Virus record (IMG/VR): IMGVR_UViG_3300037308_000576
Location: 1-44,024 of that record
DNA from: a virus
Taxonomy: Duplodnaviria; Caudoviricetes
Direction: 5' to 3' (one strand)
Length of the DNA: 44,024 nucleotides
Part shown: in pieces, positions 35,777 through 44,024 of the stretch
Position numbering within the stretch: position 1 is the first letter of the stretch
Layout of the letters: every line of letters starts with the position of its first letter
Translations under genes and position numbers: made by a program
Notes under the pieces: model-generated
What the model was told of the DNA's origin: nothing
Database searches by the model: none
Seen by the model: the letters and a program-made list of their open reading frames with translations, nothing else

Positions 35777-36895
35777 ATGTTTAGAGCTTACATGATCATT
35801 GACGGTCAATGGGGTTCCACGGGCAAGGGGCTGTTGTGCGGGTACCTGTCTCGTTTGGTGGAACCGGACGTGGTAGTATGCAATTTCGGGGCCAATGCCG
35901 GGCATACTTATGTGTATGATGATGGTAAAACCATCATGACGCAACAACTTCCAACGGCGGCGATTACCGGCCCCAAAATCACTATGGTCTTGATCGGTCC
36001 AGGATCAATCATAGATCAAAGAATCTTGCTGCGTGAAATGGATATGATGAGCGCAGTTCGGGGAGGACTTGCGCCGGAAATTTATATCCATGAACGTGCC
36101 GCTGTCATCACGCAAGAGCACAAGGACATTGAGTGTAAAAAATTGAATTCGATCTCTTCCACCTGTAAAGGAGTGGGTGCAGCCCAGGCATCAAAAGTGA
36201 TGCGAGAACCGGATTGTACAGTGCGAGATTATTCCCATCTCAAGTTCGCCCCCGCCCGTATAGTGTCCGACAAGGAGTATGTTAATTTGCTGTGTTTGGC
36301 GCGGACGGTACAGATCGAATCAGCTCAGGGGTTCGAATTGGGGGTGAATACCGGGTCCCATTACCCCTACTGCACGGCGCGGGATGTCACGCCGTGGCAA
36401 GTGTTGTCGGATTGCGCGATTCCTCAGGCACTCCTCATCAACTGCGATAGATACGTAGTGATGCGCACTTTCCCCATTCGGGTGGGCAATGCGTTTGACA
36501 AAGATGGCAGCCAGATCGGATGGAGTGGGCCGGTTTATGATGATCAGCAAGAGGTCGAATGGGGCGATTTTCCAGGGGTGGAACCGGAAAAGACGACGGT
36601 GACCAAAAAGGTTCGTCGGATTTTCACCTTCTCGTACAAGGCGTTGGAGAGGATGATCTATCGGCTTGACCCCACCAGCGTGTTTCTTAACTTCGTCAAT
36701 TACCTGGAGGAAGATCCGACTTTCAATGCCATAAGGACCCAAGCCATGATATTGAAGATCGAAGAAACGTACCGTAAAGTGTGCATCAATCACGGACTGC
36801 ACATTCGTACGCCGTTTGTGCGGTGGATCGGCACCGGCCCCCGTCATGGTAACGTATTGGAAAGGCCGTGGACAGGTGATGTCGATGAATCGTAG
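35777..36895 (+). CDS. purZ: PurZ, N6-succino-2-amino-dAMP synthetase
   Basis: PurA fold with DGQWGSTGKG (Ser in place of the PurA catalytic Asp of GDEGKG), NAGHT, AQGFEL, YPYCT.RD, RTFPIRV, TTVTKKVRRI, FLNFVNY. Confidence 0.93.
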   Translation: MFRAYMIIDGQWGSTGKGLLCGYLSRLVEPDVVVCNFGANAGHTYVYDDGKTIMTQQLPTAAITGPKITMVLIGPGSIIDQRILLREMDMMSAVRGGLAPEIYIHERAAVITQEHKDIECKKLNSISSTCKGVGAAQASKVMREPDCTVRDYSHLKFAPARIVSDKEYVNLLCLARTVQIESAQGFELGVNTGSHYPYCTARDVTPWQVLSDCAIPQALLINCDRYVVMRTFPIRVGNAFDKDGSQIGWSGPVYDDQQEVEWGDFPGVEPEKTTVTKKVRRIFTFSYKALERMIYRLDPTSVFLNFVNYLEEDPTFNAIRTQAMILKIEETYRKVCINHGLHIRTPFVRWIGTGPRHGNVLERPWTGDVDES

Positions 36896-37358
36896 AAAAT
36901 ACAAATCGATGTTACAAGAGGCCATCATGGTTGATGGCCTCGATTTCTGCCTCAACGCGCTGCAGGAGGAGTGCGCCGAATTGATCGTTGCCATCTCTCA
37001 CCTGCGGCGCGAGAGGTGCGGTCGTAGTCAGGTTATGATGGAGATGGCGGATGTGCAAATTATGTTCGATCTGGTACTAACCGGATTCGGACATGGGCGC
37101 GTTATGCTTGATCGCATGATATACGAAAAAGCCACTATAATTGGGGAAAAGGTCCGGTTTAGGAGAGACAATGGACAAAATGGCCTTTCAAAACACGTTA
37201 CGGCTGTCGCATGTCCCACGATGGGTGATCGTAGACATGTTGAAACCACAAAGCGTATCGGATCACTCCTTCCGAGTGATGGCGGTATGTCTTCGGTTGA
37301 TGAAGAAGCTGAGGGTCACGGAATTACAGAACATTTTAGCCTCTATCCTGATTCATGA
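36885..37358 (+). CDS. MazG-like NTP pyrophosphohydrolase (MazZ-role candidate)
   Basis: QEECAEL...EMADV all-alpha NTP-PPase motif; lies between purZ and datZ. Confidence 0.75.
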   Translation: MNRRKYKSMLQEAIMVDGLDFCLNALQEECAELIVAISHLRRERCGRSQVMMEMADVQIMFDLVLTGFGHGRVMLDRMIYEKATIIGEKVRFRRDNGQNGLSKHVTAVACPTMGDRRHVETTKRIGSLLPSDGGMSSVDEEAEGHGITEHFSLYPDS

Positions 37359-37644
37359 CTTGGATGAGGCCGAAACTGGTGATACCCCATCCAATCACAA
37401 AACGGAAGTTCCGAAAAACGGAAGTTGTAAAGATTTACAAGAAGCACTGATCAAGTTGTCCGATACCATCGAAGCGACCATCTGGCTGGAGCGTTACGCA
37501 GTGCGACCAGGACGAATAAGGAGGTGGCTGGAATCAAAATTAAATTTCTTGACCAGTGAAACGAGCAGATTCATCGCAATAAGTGAACGCGCAATCATGG
37601 ACGCGGTCACTGAAGTGATTACAGAGGGAACCTCCTATGATTGA
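37171..37644 (+). CDS. datZ: HD-domain dATP triphosphohydrolase (DatZ-like)
   Basis: LSHVPRW...QSVSDHSFRV...HDLDEAETGD.P...K..D; ATG 37171 with SD AGGAG; within the purZ cluster. Confidence 0.85.
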   Translation: MDKMAFQNTLRLSHVPRWVIVDMLKPQSVSDHSFRVMAVCLRLMKKLRVTELQNILASILIHDLDEAETGDTPSNHKTEVPKNGSCKDLQEALIKLSDTIEATIWLERYAVRPGRIRRWLESKLNFLTSETSRFIAISERAIMDAVTEVITEGTSYD

Positions 37645-39112
37645 CGAATCGGTAGTTACGAGATTTATGGCCGTATTTTCCGGCCTGAATAGAGCGTATG
37701 GCCGATACTTGAACGGCCAGGCCAGGACCATCTTAAAACCGGTTGGTAAGGAACTGTACACAAAGCACCTGGAAGGAAAACAGGGCCTTGGAATCGTTCC
37801 TGTAAACGACAAAAATATGTGCATATTTGGGGCCATTGACATAGATAACAACGGTGTAAATCACGTTGAACTGGAAAAGAAAGTAATAGAGTATGACATT
37901 CCCTTGGTAGTATGCAGAAGCAAATCAGGGGGCGCCCATCTTTACTCGTTTCAACCGTTGCCTGGGGTCCCGGCTTCAGTGATGCAAATGAACTTGTCAT
38001 CATATGCATCAAGATTGGGGTACGGTAATAGTGAAATTTTCCCCAAACAGACCAGGCTACGTGACGGTGAAGCCGGCAACTGGATAAACTTGCCATATTA
38101 CAACAGTTCGGAACGGGTGGCCGTTATCAATGGCGAAAATGCTGAATTGACCGGTTTCTTGGACCTGGTCGATTCAATGAAATCGATGGAAATAACCCTC
38201 GATGGCAATGGCACTGGAAAGAGTGCCGAATCCCCGCCCTGTCTAGTGTGGGCTATGGAAAATGGGATTCCGATATCGCATAGGAATGAAACATTATTTA
38301 ACATGGCGATATTCCTTAAAAGGGCGCACCCTGCCGATTGGGAGGACCGGCTGGTAAAAATTAATATGGAGCGATGCGACCAACCGCTTCCGCGTAAGGA
38401 ATTAGAAAAAATCATCAAATCGGTGGACAAGAAGGATTACCGGTATCGGTGCACCGACCCGCTGATAGCCGAGCATTGTGATAGATTAAAATGTGCACAA
38501 ATACAATTCGGCATCGGCACCATGCCAAATTCATTCGACAATTTAATGATGGGCAGAATCATAAAAGTTATGACCGATCCCCCGCATTGGATCGTTGATC
38601 TTAATGGAAAGGACACGAGACTAACTACTGAGGAATTGATGGATTATCAGGTTATTAGGAAAAGGGGCATGGAATTGCACAATCTAATATGGCCGTTCAT
38701 GAAAAGGGAGGAATGGGCGCAGATCCTAAAATCCAGAATGAAGGATGTTAAGGAATTGGAAGCGCCAGAGGATGCTTCAAAGTATGGGGACCTGTATGAC
38801 ATGCTAAGGGAATTCATGTCCCTTGGCCTAAGAAACGTGGACCGTGGGGCCATGACACGGGGAATACCGTGCCTGACTGAATTGAATGGGGCGAAAGTGA
38901 TCGCTTTCAGGAGTCAGGACTTTGTGTCGTTTCTCAAAAAGAAGAGATTCAGGCCGATCCAAAACCCCGATATGTGGATGGCCTTAAGGCAAGTTGGGTG
39001 CGACCACACCAAAGTTAAAGTGGAAGACCGTGCCGTTCAAGTGTGGTATTCACCGTATGATGGAACCATGGACGTTACGCCAAAGGATTTGGACGACGTA
39101 TCCGAATTTTAA
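37637..39112 (+). CDS. AEP-family primase-polymerase with a PriCT-like domain
   Basis: GAIDID, RSKSGGAHLY, EIFPKQ, GNWINLPY, PPC...RNETLF. Confidence 0.9.
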   Translation: MIDESVVTRFMAVFSGLNRAYGRYLNGQARTILKPVGKELYTKHLEGKQGLGIVPVNDKNMCIFGAIDIDNNGVNHVELEKKVIEYDIPLVVCRSKSGGAHLYSFQPLPGVPASVMQMNLSSYASRLGYGNSEIFPKQTRLRDGEAGNWINLPYYNSSERVAVINGENAELTGFLDLVDSMKSMEITLDGNGTGKSAESPPCLVWAMENGIPISHRNETLFNMAIFLKRAHPADWEDRLVKINMERCDQPLPRKELEKIIKSVDKKDYRYRCTDPLIAEHCDRLKCAQIQFGIGTMPNSFDNLMMGRIIKVMTDPPHWIVDLNGKDTRLTTEELMDYQVIRKRGMELHNLIWPFMKREEWAQILKSRMKDVKELEAPEDASKYGDLYDMLREFMSLGLRNVDRGAMTRGIPCLTELNGAKVIAFRSQDFVSFLKKKRFRPIQNPDMWMALRQVGCDHTKVKVEDRAVQVWYSPYDGTMDVTPKDLDDVSEF

Positions 39113-39125
39113 TGGGGAGGCAGAA

Positions 39126-39545
39126 ATGAGCAATGGAAAAGATTGTTTAATCAGAGTAGTGAGCCATATTACGGGAATCTCGTTACCGGACGTAATGAAA
39201 GCAATCGGCCATGAAGGACCGATGACCCTGTTTGAAGCATATCGATTTCTTATCTTAAACGGGATCGTCATGGGTGTGGGAGGAACCTTTGGCGACGGAC
39301 AGAAACTGCCGAAAGAGGAAGACACGTTGATGGTGAAGATACCAATATTCGGCATCCCGGCCATCGTTTCGGTAGTGGGCAAGACGGGGACCCCGCACTC
39401 GATCGCATGGACGGGCCATGAGGTGTGGGACCCGGACGAGAATATAAAGCAGGGGATCCATGAATACACACTCCTTGATTGGTTTCCGATCTACAGACTA
39501 ATTGAAACGAAAGTGGAGGTACCAAATGTTGAAACCGTGCACTGA
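39126..39545 (+). CDS. Putative papain/C39-like fold protein
   Basis: DCLIRVVS...H.IAW...VWDP Cys-His-Asp pattern; SD GGAGG. Confidence 0.55.
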   Translation: MSNGKDCLIRVVSHITGISLPDVMKAIGHEGPMTLFEAYRFLILNGIVMGVGGTFGDGQKLPKEEDTLMVKIPIFGIPAIVSVVGKTGTPHSIAWTGHEVWDPDENIKQGIHEYTLLDWFPIYRLIETKVEVPNVETVH

Positions 39546-39807
39546 ATGCGGTGGTGTGATCCATAAAATTGAAGTGGTTGAATCGTTTGCTGCTAAAACG
39601 ACGAGTTACGTAAAAATTTGTGTGGTATGCGGTAAAGTAGAGGAATCGAAAAAGAACCCGAATGTAATAATCAAGGAACAGCTATCGGTACAGGGGCCGG
39701 TGGTGGGGAGGAGAGTGGGGGCGAATGGACGAGATCAAAATAGAGGTCGGAAAAATTATGATCCCGATGACGAAGGTACTGGAGAGGAAACTGAACCGGC
39801 CGTTTAA
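39526..39807 (+). CDS. Zn-ribbon protein
   Basis: CTECGG...CVVCG; SD GGAGG. Confidence 0.6.
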   Translation: MLKPCTECGGVIHKIEVVESFAAKTTSYVKICVVCGKVEESKKNPNVIIKEQLSVQGPVVGRRVGANGRDQNRGRKNYDPDDEGTGEETEPAV

Positions 39808-41458
39808 GACCGTGATGCAAGAAGCACACTGGACGGGGAAAAAGGAAAATAAATTTTGGGCGTTTGCCACTGCAGAAAACATAGCAAAAGTTAATGCAAT
39901 CTTCAATTGTAACTTGATGCCGCCAGTTATGGACTGCAGCATACGTATCGATAACCTTTTACGGGACCACAGCACGGTATTTAAGACCAAACCCAGGCCA
40001 CATCAGGTTGAAGCGTTGGCCAAATGCGGCGGGCGTGAATTCTTTGCGTATTTCATGGAGCCCGGACTCGGTAAAACTAAAACTGTAATTGATGATGTCA
40101 TGATCCTGAACAGCCAGGATAAGGTCGAATCCGTGCTCGTGGTCTGCCCAAAGTCAGTCATTCAAGTGTGGTTGGAGCAGTTGCAGATCCATGGCAACTG
40201 GCATGATTGGCGCATTCTATATTGGGACGGCGAAATGGTGCCGGTTACGCCATTACGATATGGGAAGATGCAATGGTTTATCATAAACTATGATGCTTTG
40301 GTGGCGGGGCTGAAAACCAAAAAGAAATGGGGGAGAAGGGTCATTACCGGTCAACGCACCGATGCCAGAGGGTATGTTAATGTTATTGATTTCCTCACCA
40401 AATGCACCAAATGTATGGTGGTGATGGACGAGTCCACGGCCCTGACTAATCCTGAATCTTTACGGACACAGCAAGCTTTATCCCTAAAGAAATATTGTGC
40501 GTTTCGCCGGATATTGACCGGCACCCCATTTGCCAACAGCCCCATGGATGCGTACGGACAGCTTGACTTTCTATCGGCGGAATGTATCGGCCACATGACA
40601 TGGAAGGCGTTTAAAGAGGAATACGGAATATGGGGAGGATACGAAGGCAAGAAGCTTGTCGGGGTGCGCCACCGTAACGCCATCAAGCAGATGCTCAAGA
40701 CCCATGGATACCGGTGCCGTACGGTTGACGTACTTGATCTACCGGAACCCGTGTTCCAAATACGGCGCGTTGAAATGTCAAAACAGTCCAGGAAAATGTA
40801 CGATAAGTTCCTTGAAGATGAAGTCATGAAATTCGAAGGCAATACCATCACGGCCAAACAGGCAGCAACGGTCCTGCTGAAGGCGCAGCAAATCACGGGC
40901 GGTTTCATTTACGACGACCACAAGAATGCCATCACATTGAACACCGATAAGCTTGACGACATGATGTCGGTAATAAAGGAGATTACGGAATCTAAAATTT
41001 TAGTGTGGTGCCATTACACTGCGGAAGTCGAAATGATATGGAACAGGTTAAAATATGAAGGCATACCTACTTGGCCATTTGATGGATCGTTAAACGTGAC
41101 CGAGAGGATGAGGACGTTGACCGAATTCAAACAGCACCCAGGCCGTGCCGTTTTGGTGCTGCAGGACGATACCGGCCATGAAGGACTGACCATCAATGAA
41201 GCCACTTACGCCTTAATTTATTCACACCACACCAGGCCAAAGATCCGTGAACAAATGTTGCGCCGAAATTGGCGGGACGGGCAGCGTGAAACTGTCATAT
41301 ACATCGACTTCCTTACGGATGGGGTTGATAGTTACATTTTCGATATGGTAAAATCGAAACGGGAAATGAACGAGGGTCTATTGGATGAAGTTACTGTCGA
41401 AGACGTAATGAGGATGGCGCGTGCCAAAAAATGGAAAGGAGAAAAGAAAAGAAAATGA
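39725..41458 (+). CDS. SNF2-like SF2 helicase
   Basis: MEPGLGKT, VVCPKSV, VMDEST, LTGTP, EGLTI, RNWRDGQ. Confidence 0.92.
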   Translation: MDEIKIEVGKIMIPMTKVLERKLNRPFKTVMQEAHWTGKKENKFWAFATAENIAKVNAIFNCNLMPPVMDCSIRIDNLLRDHSTVFKTKPRPHQVEALAKCGGREFFAYFMEPGLGKTKTVIDDVMILNSQDKVESVLVVCPKSVIQVWLEQLQIHGNWHDWRILYWDGEMVPVTPLRYGKMQWFIINYDALVAGLKTKKKWGRRVITGQRTDARGYVNVIDFLTKCTKCMVVMDESTALTNPESLRTQQALSLKKYCAFRRILTGTPFANSPMDAYGQLDFLSAECIGHMTWKAFKEEYGIWGGYEGKKLVGVRHRNAIKQMLKTHGYRCRTVDVLDLPEPVFQIRRVEMSKQSRKMYDKFLEDEVMKFEGNTITAKQAATVLLKAQQITGGFIYDDHKNAITLNTDKLDDMMSVIKEITESKILVWCHYTAEVEMIWNRLKYEGIPTWPFDGSLNVTERMRTLTEFKQHPGRAVLVLQDDTGHEGLTINEATYALIYSHHTRPKIREQMLRRNWRDGQRETVIYIDFLTDGVDSYIFDMVKSKREMNEGLLDEVTVEDVMRMARAKKWKGEKKRK

Positions 41459-41694
41459 GTATCAGCATGGACGTACGCAATCAAATTTCGAATTATGAGA
41501 TGTGGAAGGGACGCCGACCCTACTACATTCACATCACTGAAAAGGAATTCCGGACATTAGTAGAAGAAGAGTGGAAAGCGGCCCGGAAGATGAGTTTTGG
41601 CGATCAAAATCCCGATAACGTTAAAGAACTAATTATTTTCGGCGTGAGGATCCGTCCAATTAAATGGGAGGGTGAAAGGTGGCAAGGACGATAA
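41455..41694 (+). CDS. Hypothetical protein (79 aa)
   Basis: ATGA overlap with the helicase stop. Confidence 0.6.
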   Translation: MSISMDVRNQISNYEMWKGRRPYYIHITEKEFRTLVEEEWKAARKMSFGDQNPDNVKELIIFGVRIRPIKWEGERWQGR

Positions 41695-41861
41695 TAGCTG
41701 TAGTCATCGTCATCGTGATCGTGGTGTATTTGGTGTCGTATGCATACGTCCGGATAAGGTGGTGGTGGTATGACCGCGACTATCGGAAAAGGAGAGAGGA
41801 CGTCGATCCGGAGCGTTTACTGAAACTACTGGAAGGAATCAAGGACGATGATAAACAATAA
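41679..41861 (+). CDS. Small membrane protein
   Basis: GTG start with SD GGAGG; IIAVVIVIVIVVYLV. Confidence 0.6.
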   Translation: MARTIIAVVIVIVIVVYLVSYAYVRIRWWWYDRDYRKRREDVDPERLLKLLEGIKDDDKQ

Positions 41862-42555
41862 GAAAAACATGACACGAAACGAAAATTTTTGTTCCATAAA
41901 ATTCGATGCCGTCAATCACCAGTACCACACTCCGGATGGAAGGGCATGCCCGTCCGTCACCCAGGTGCTGCCTGAGTTACCTGAGCATCTTAAGTACAAC
42001 CAAAATTTCATCGATAAGACCGAATTGGGGACAAGAGTACATTTCGCTACGCAAGTAATCGACTGTGGCGGTGCACCATTGAAGCCGATCACCCTTCATG
42101 TCCTCAACACAAAGTGCTTACCCGATGATCCGGACGTGCCATTTGCTAAATACCAGGAACAGGACGTGCCGTACGTCAACGCCTGGATAAAGTGCAGGCA
42201 ACAGCATAAGATGGACATTCGTGCCGTTGAGAAGCGCGTGTTCTCAGTAAAATATGACTATGCCGGAGCGGTGGATCGGGTGGCCGTGATAGAGGATGCC
42301 TTGACCATCATCGACATCAAAACTGTAACTGAACTGTCTCCCACCGTGGCGTTACAACTGGCCGGTTACGCCATCGCATATATGGAAGAAAACGGAATAA
42401 AGTACCCGCCTGATCGAGTGGCCGTGCAGTTGAAGCCTGACGGCACCTTCGTGTGGAAGAAATACCATCGTAACTGTTTTAATTACGACTCTTCCGTGTT
42501 CCTGTCCAAAGTGGTGTCCGCTAAGTGGGATCTTGAGAACTTGAACAAGCGGTAG
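41848..42555 (+). CDS. PD-(D/E)XK exonuclease
   Basis: PSVTQVL...GTRVH...E...YAGAVD...IIDIKT...QLAGY. Confidence 0.9.
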   Translation: MINNKKNMTRNENFCSIKFDAVNHQYHTPDGRACPSVTQVLPELPEHLKYNQNFIDKTELGTRVHFATQVIDCGGAPLKPITLHVLNTKCLPDDPDVPFAKYQEQDVPYVNAWIKCRQQHKMDIRAVEKRVFSVKYDYAGAVDRVAVIEDALTIIDIKTVTELSPTVALQLAGYAIAYMEENGIKYPPDRVAVQLKPDGTFVWKKYHRNCFNYDSSVFLSKVVSAKWDLENLNKR

Positions 42556-42583
42556 GAGGGGGCCGTTAGGCCCCCTTCGTTTC
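42555..42583. terminator. Hairpin between the convergent operons (probable bidirectional terminator)
   Basis: GAGGGGGCC-gtta-GGCCCCTTC; only a weak T-tract follows. Confidence 0.65.
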
Positions 42584-43202
42584 ATCTCACTGAAATGGTC
42601 TTCTTCTCGGATATGATGAGGCCGGGGATGGAGCGCATGCCGGTGGACTTGACAAACGCCTTGATCGTGGACACCTTTACCGTGAACAGAGCGTTTACGT
42701 CTATGTTAAGCCTATCATTGACGATGGAGTGGATGAAAAGGTTGATGTCCACCACGGTTATCTCAAGGTCATTGGCCGCACCGATCCTCTCGGCACTAGT
42801 TGCCGCACTGACGGCTGGTGCCGGTATGAACTGCCCGTCTTCCGTCTCCATGGCCTGGGCTAAAGACATCTCCATGCGCCGACGCTCGTCTTCCAGGATC
42901 AGGTACTCGGACATCTTCTTCTTCAAGCCCGTTTCAAGTTCCAGGACCGGGGCGAGCGCGGCCTTTTTCTGGTTCAATGCCGTCTGCCATGCCTGGTACG
43001 CGGACGTGCATTGCGGCCCCAACCAGGTTTCCACCCGATTTTTCATCTCCTTGATCTTCTGCAGGACCTCACCGGCCAGGTGATAATGGACCGGAAGCGT
43101 TATTTCGAGGTTCTTGGCCTGCTTTGACAGGACGGTCAGAGCGCGGTTAAGGTCCACGTCCTTTTTATTTTCCTTCCCGTCAATTTTTCGGTTCTTTACC
43201 AT
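42582..43202 (-). CDS. Coiled-coil phage protein (Gam/Gp157-like architecture)
   Basis: ATG 43202 with SD AGGAGG; long helices followed by VVD...IKAFVK...IPGL.I. Confidence 0.65.
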   Translation of the reverse strand: MVKNRKIDGKENKKDVDLNRALTVLSKQAKNLEITLPVHYHLAGEVLQKIKEMKNRVETWLGPQCTSAYQAWQTALNQKKAALAPVLELETGLKKKMSEYLILEDERRRMEMSLAQAMETEDGQFIPAPAVSAATSAERIGAANDLEITVVDINLFIHSIVNDRLNIDVNALFTVKVSTIKAFVKSTGMRSIPGLIISEKKTISVR

Positions 43203-43213
43203 CGTTCCTCCTT

Positions 43214-43330
43214 TCATGGGATCATTCCAGGTCCAAAGATCAGACTTGGGGAAAACAGCCATTTGATGTTGTACAGCGCCAACAAAACGATGATGAGGGT
43301 CAGCCAGGTGAACCAATCCCCGTCTTTCAT
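43214..43330 (-). CDS. Small membrane peptide (38 aa, MKDGDWFTWLTLIIVLLALYNIKW...)
   Basis: Manual translation; ATGA overlap with the upstream stop; fills the gap between neighbours. Confidence 0.6.
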   Translation of the reverse strand: MKDGDWFTWLTLIIVLLALYNIKWLFSPSLIFGPGMIP

Positions 43331-43740
43331 GGCCGCCCCCTGAACGGGTCCGGCTGCCCCATGCGGCGCAGCAGGTCCTCGTCATAGAAGCCGTGGCCCT
43401 TATACTGCCTATGGGTGTCCTCTATCGTCCATCCATGACCGTTACCGTACTTGTCCACGTACTTCTGGAACCGGTCAAAGTCATGGTGCAAGGGGTTATC
43501 GGGTTCAAGACGGTCCATCCAGAACTGCTTGTCCCCCCTTTCGGTGTACTGTTGGCCAGTTGGGTAGCGTTGGGTGTGACCATCACTGACTGTCCACACC
43601 AAGAGCAGGACCACTACCATAATGGCTATGGTCCATTTGATCGCATGTTTGCTGATTAAAGTGATCCAGGCAAACAGATAGGCGACAGCGCCAAGGACCA
43701 GAAATGCCACAAAGTCGGGGTGAAGCGGTTTCGGTGCCAT
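43327..43740 (-). CDS. Membrane protein with 2 TM segments and a soluble C-terminal domain
   Basis: ATG 43740; two hydrophobic segments. Confidence 0.65.
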   Translation of the reverse strand: MAPKPLHPDFVAFLVLGAVAYLFAWITLISKHAIKWTIAIMVVVLLLVWTVSDGHTQRYPTGQQYTERGDKQFWMDRLEPDNPLHHDFDRFQKYVDKYGNGHGWTIEDTHRQYKGHGFYDEDLLRRMGQPDPFRGRP

Positions 43741-43764
43741 TTGGGGTCTTCCCTTCTGCCGAGA

Positions 43765-43794
43765 GGGGCCACGGAGCAGTCTCTCCGTGGCCCC
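43765..43794. other. Intergenic hairpin with no U-tract
   Basis: GGGGCCACGGAG-cagtct-CTCCGTGGCCCC 12-bp arms. Confidence 0.65.
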
Positions 43795-43810
43795 CGTAAG
43801 GCTTTCCGTT

Positions 43811-44024
43811 CTACTTGGAGGATTTGGCGGGGCCTTTACCCTTGACCTTGGCGGTCGGGGCCTTGGCGACACCTTTCGTGGCCTTCTTCGCAGCGGGCGC
43901 AGTGGCGATACGGGCTTTCTTGTTTTGCCAGCGGCGGGCGCGGCGTTCGCGCATCGTACAGGGTTTGCACTTCGTCACCTGGAAGAGATCCGCATTCTTG
44001 ACCCATCGGACGTTTCCGCATTCG
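43811..44024 (-). CDS. 3' end of the junction-spanning gene that starts at 1075
   Basis: ...CKPCTMRERRARRWQNKKARIATAPAAKKATKGVAKAPTAKVKGKGPAKSSK*. Confidence 0.8.
   Translation of the reverse strand, partial: ECGNVRWVKNADLFQVTKCKPCTMRERRARRWQNKKARIATAPAAKKATKGVAKAPTAKVKGKGPAKSSK
43837..44024. repeat. Terminal direct repeat, copy 2
   Basis: Matches 1-188 with one mismatch. Confidence 0.95.

Noticed and set aside
35777-36895. Ordinary adenylosuccinate synthetase (purA) as an auxiliary metabolic gene
   Set aside because: It lacks GDEGKG and TKLD, has the PurZ-type GSTGKG and NFVNY, and has datZ-like and MazG-like neighbours
4985-41532. Numerous minus-strand ORFs within the two rightward operons
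   Set aside because: They lie antisense to well-supported genes and show no recognisable motifs
1-44024. Integrase/repressor, tRNA genes, reverse transcriptase/DGR, introns or inteins, alternative genetic code
   Set aside because: None was recognised by eye; core genes are uninterrupted and of normal length in the standard code (a tRNAscan/Infernal run would be needed to exclude RNA genes)

Overview
The window is an apparently complete, circularly closed podovirus-type phage genome of 43,836 bp; positions 1-188 recur at 43837-44024 with one mismatch. No integrase, repressor or phage RNA polymerase was recognised, so it looks lytic and dependent on the host sigma70 RNA polymerase. There are three modules. 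(i) A GC-rich leftward module of small unknown genes spans the junction (3532->1/43836->42582). (ii) A rightward packaging, virion and holin operon (4967-30341) encodes a RusA-like resolvase, TerS/TerL, portal, scaffold, BPP-1-like capsid, tail tubes A/B, three ejection proteins, a tail fibre, accessory virion proteins and a holin. (iii) A rightward replication and nucleotide operon (30419-42555) carries a 2-aminoadenine (Z-base) kit: PurZ with GSTGKG/TTVT/NFVNY signatures, a MazG-type pyrophosphatase, a DatZ-like HD hydrolase and a DpoZ-like family A polymerase. An extra nucleoside 2'-deoxyribosyltransferase/dNMP-glycosidase gene abuts purZ. It is not part of the canonical Z pathway and is the best candidate for a new component. 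A 1.4-kb non-coding control region (3533-4966) holds short tandem arrays, a G4 motif, AT-rich tracts and about 13 TGTCAC iteron-like sites. All protein calls come from motifs read by eye; no database search was run.
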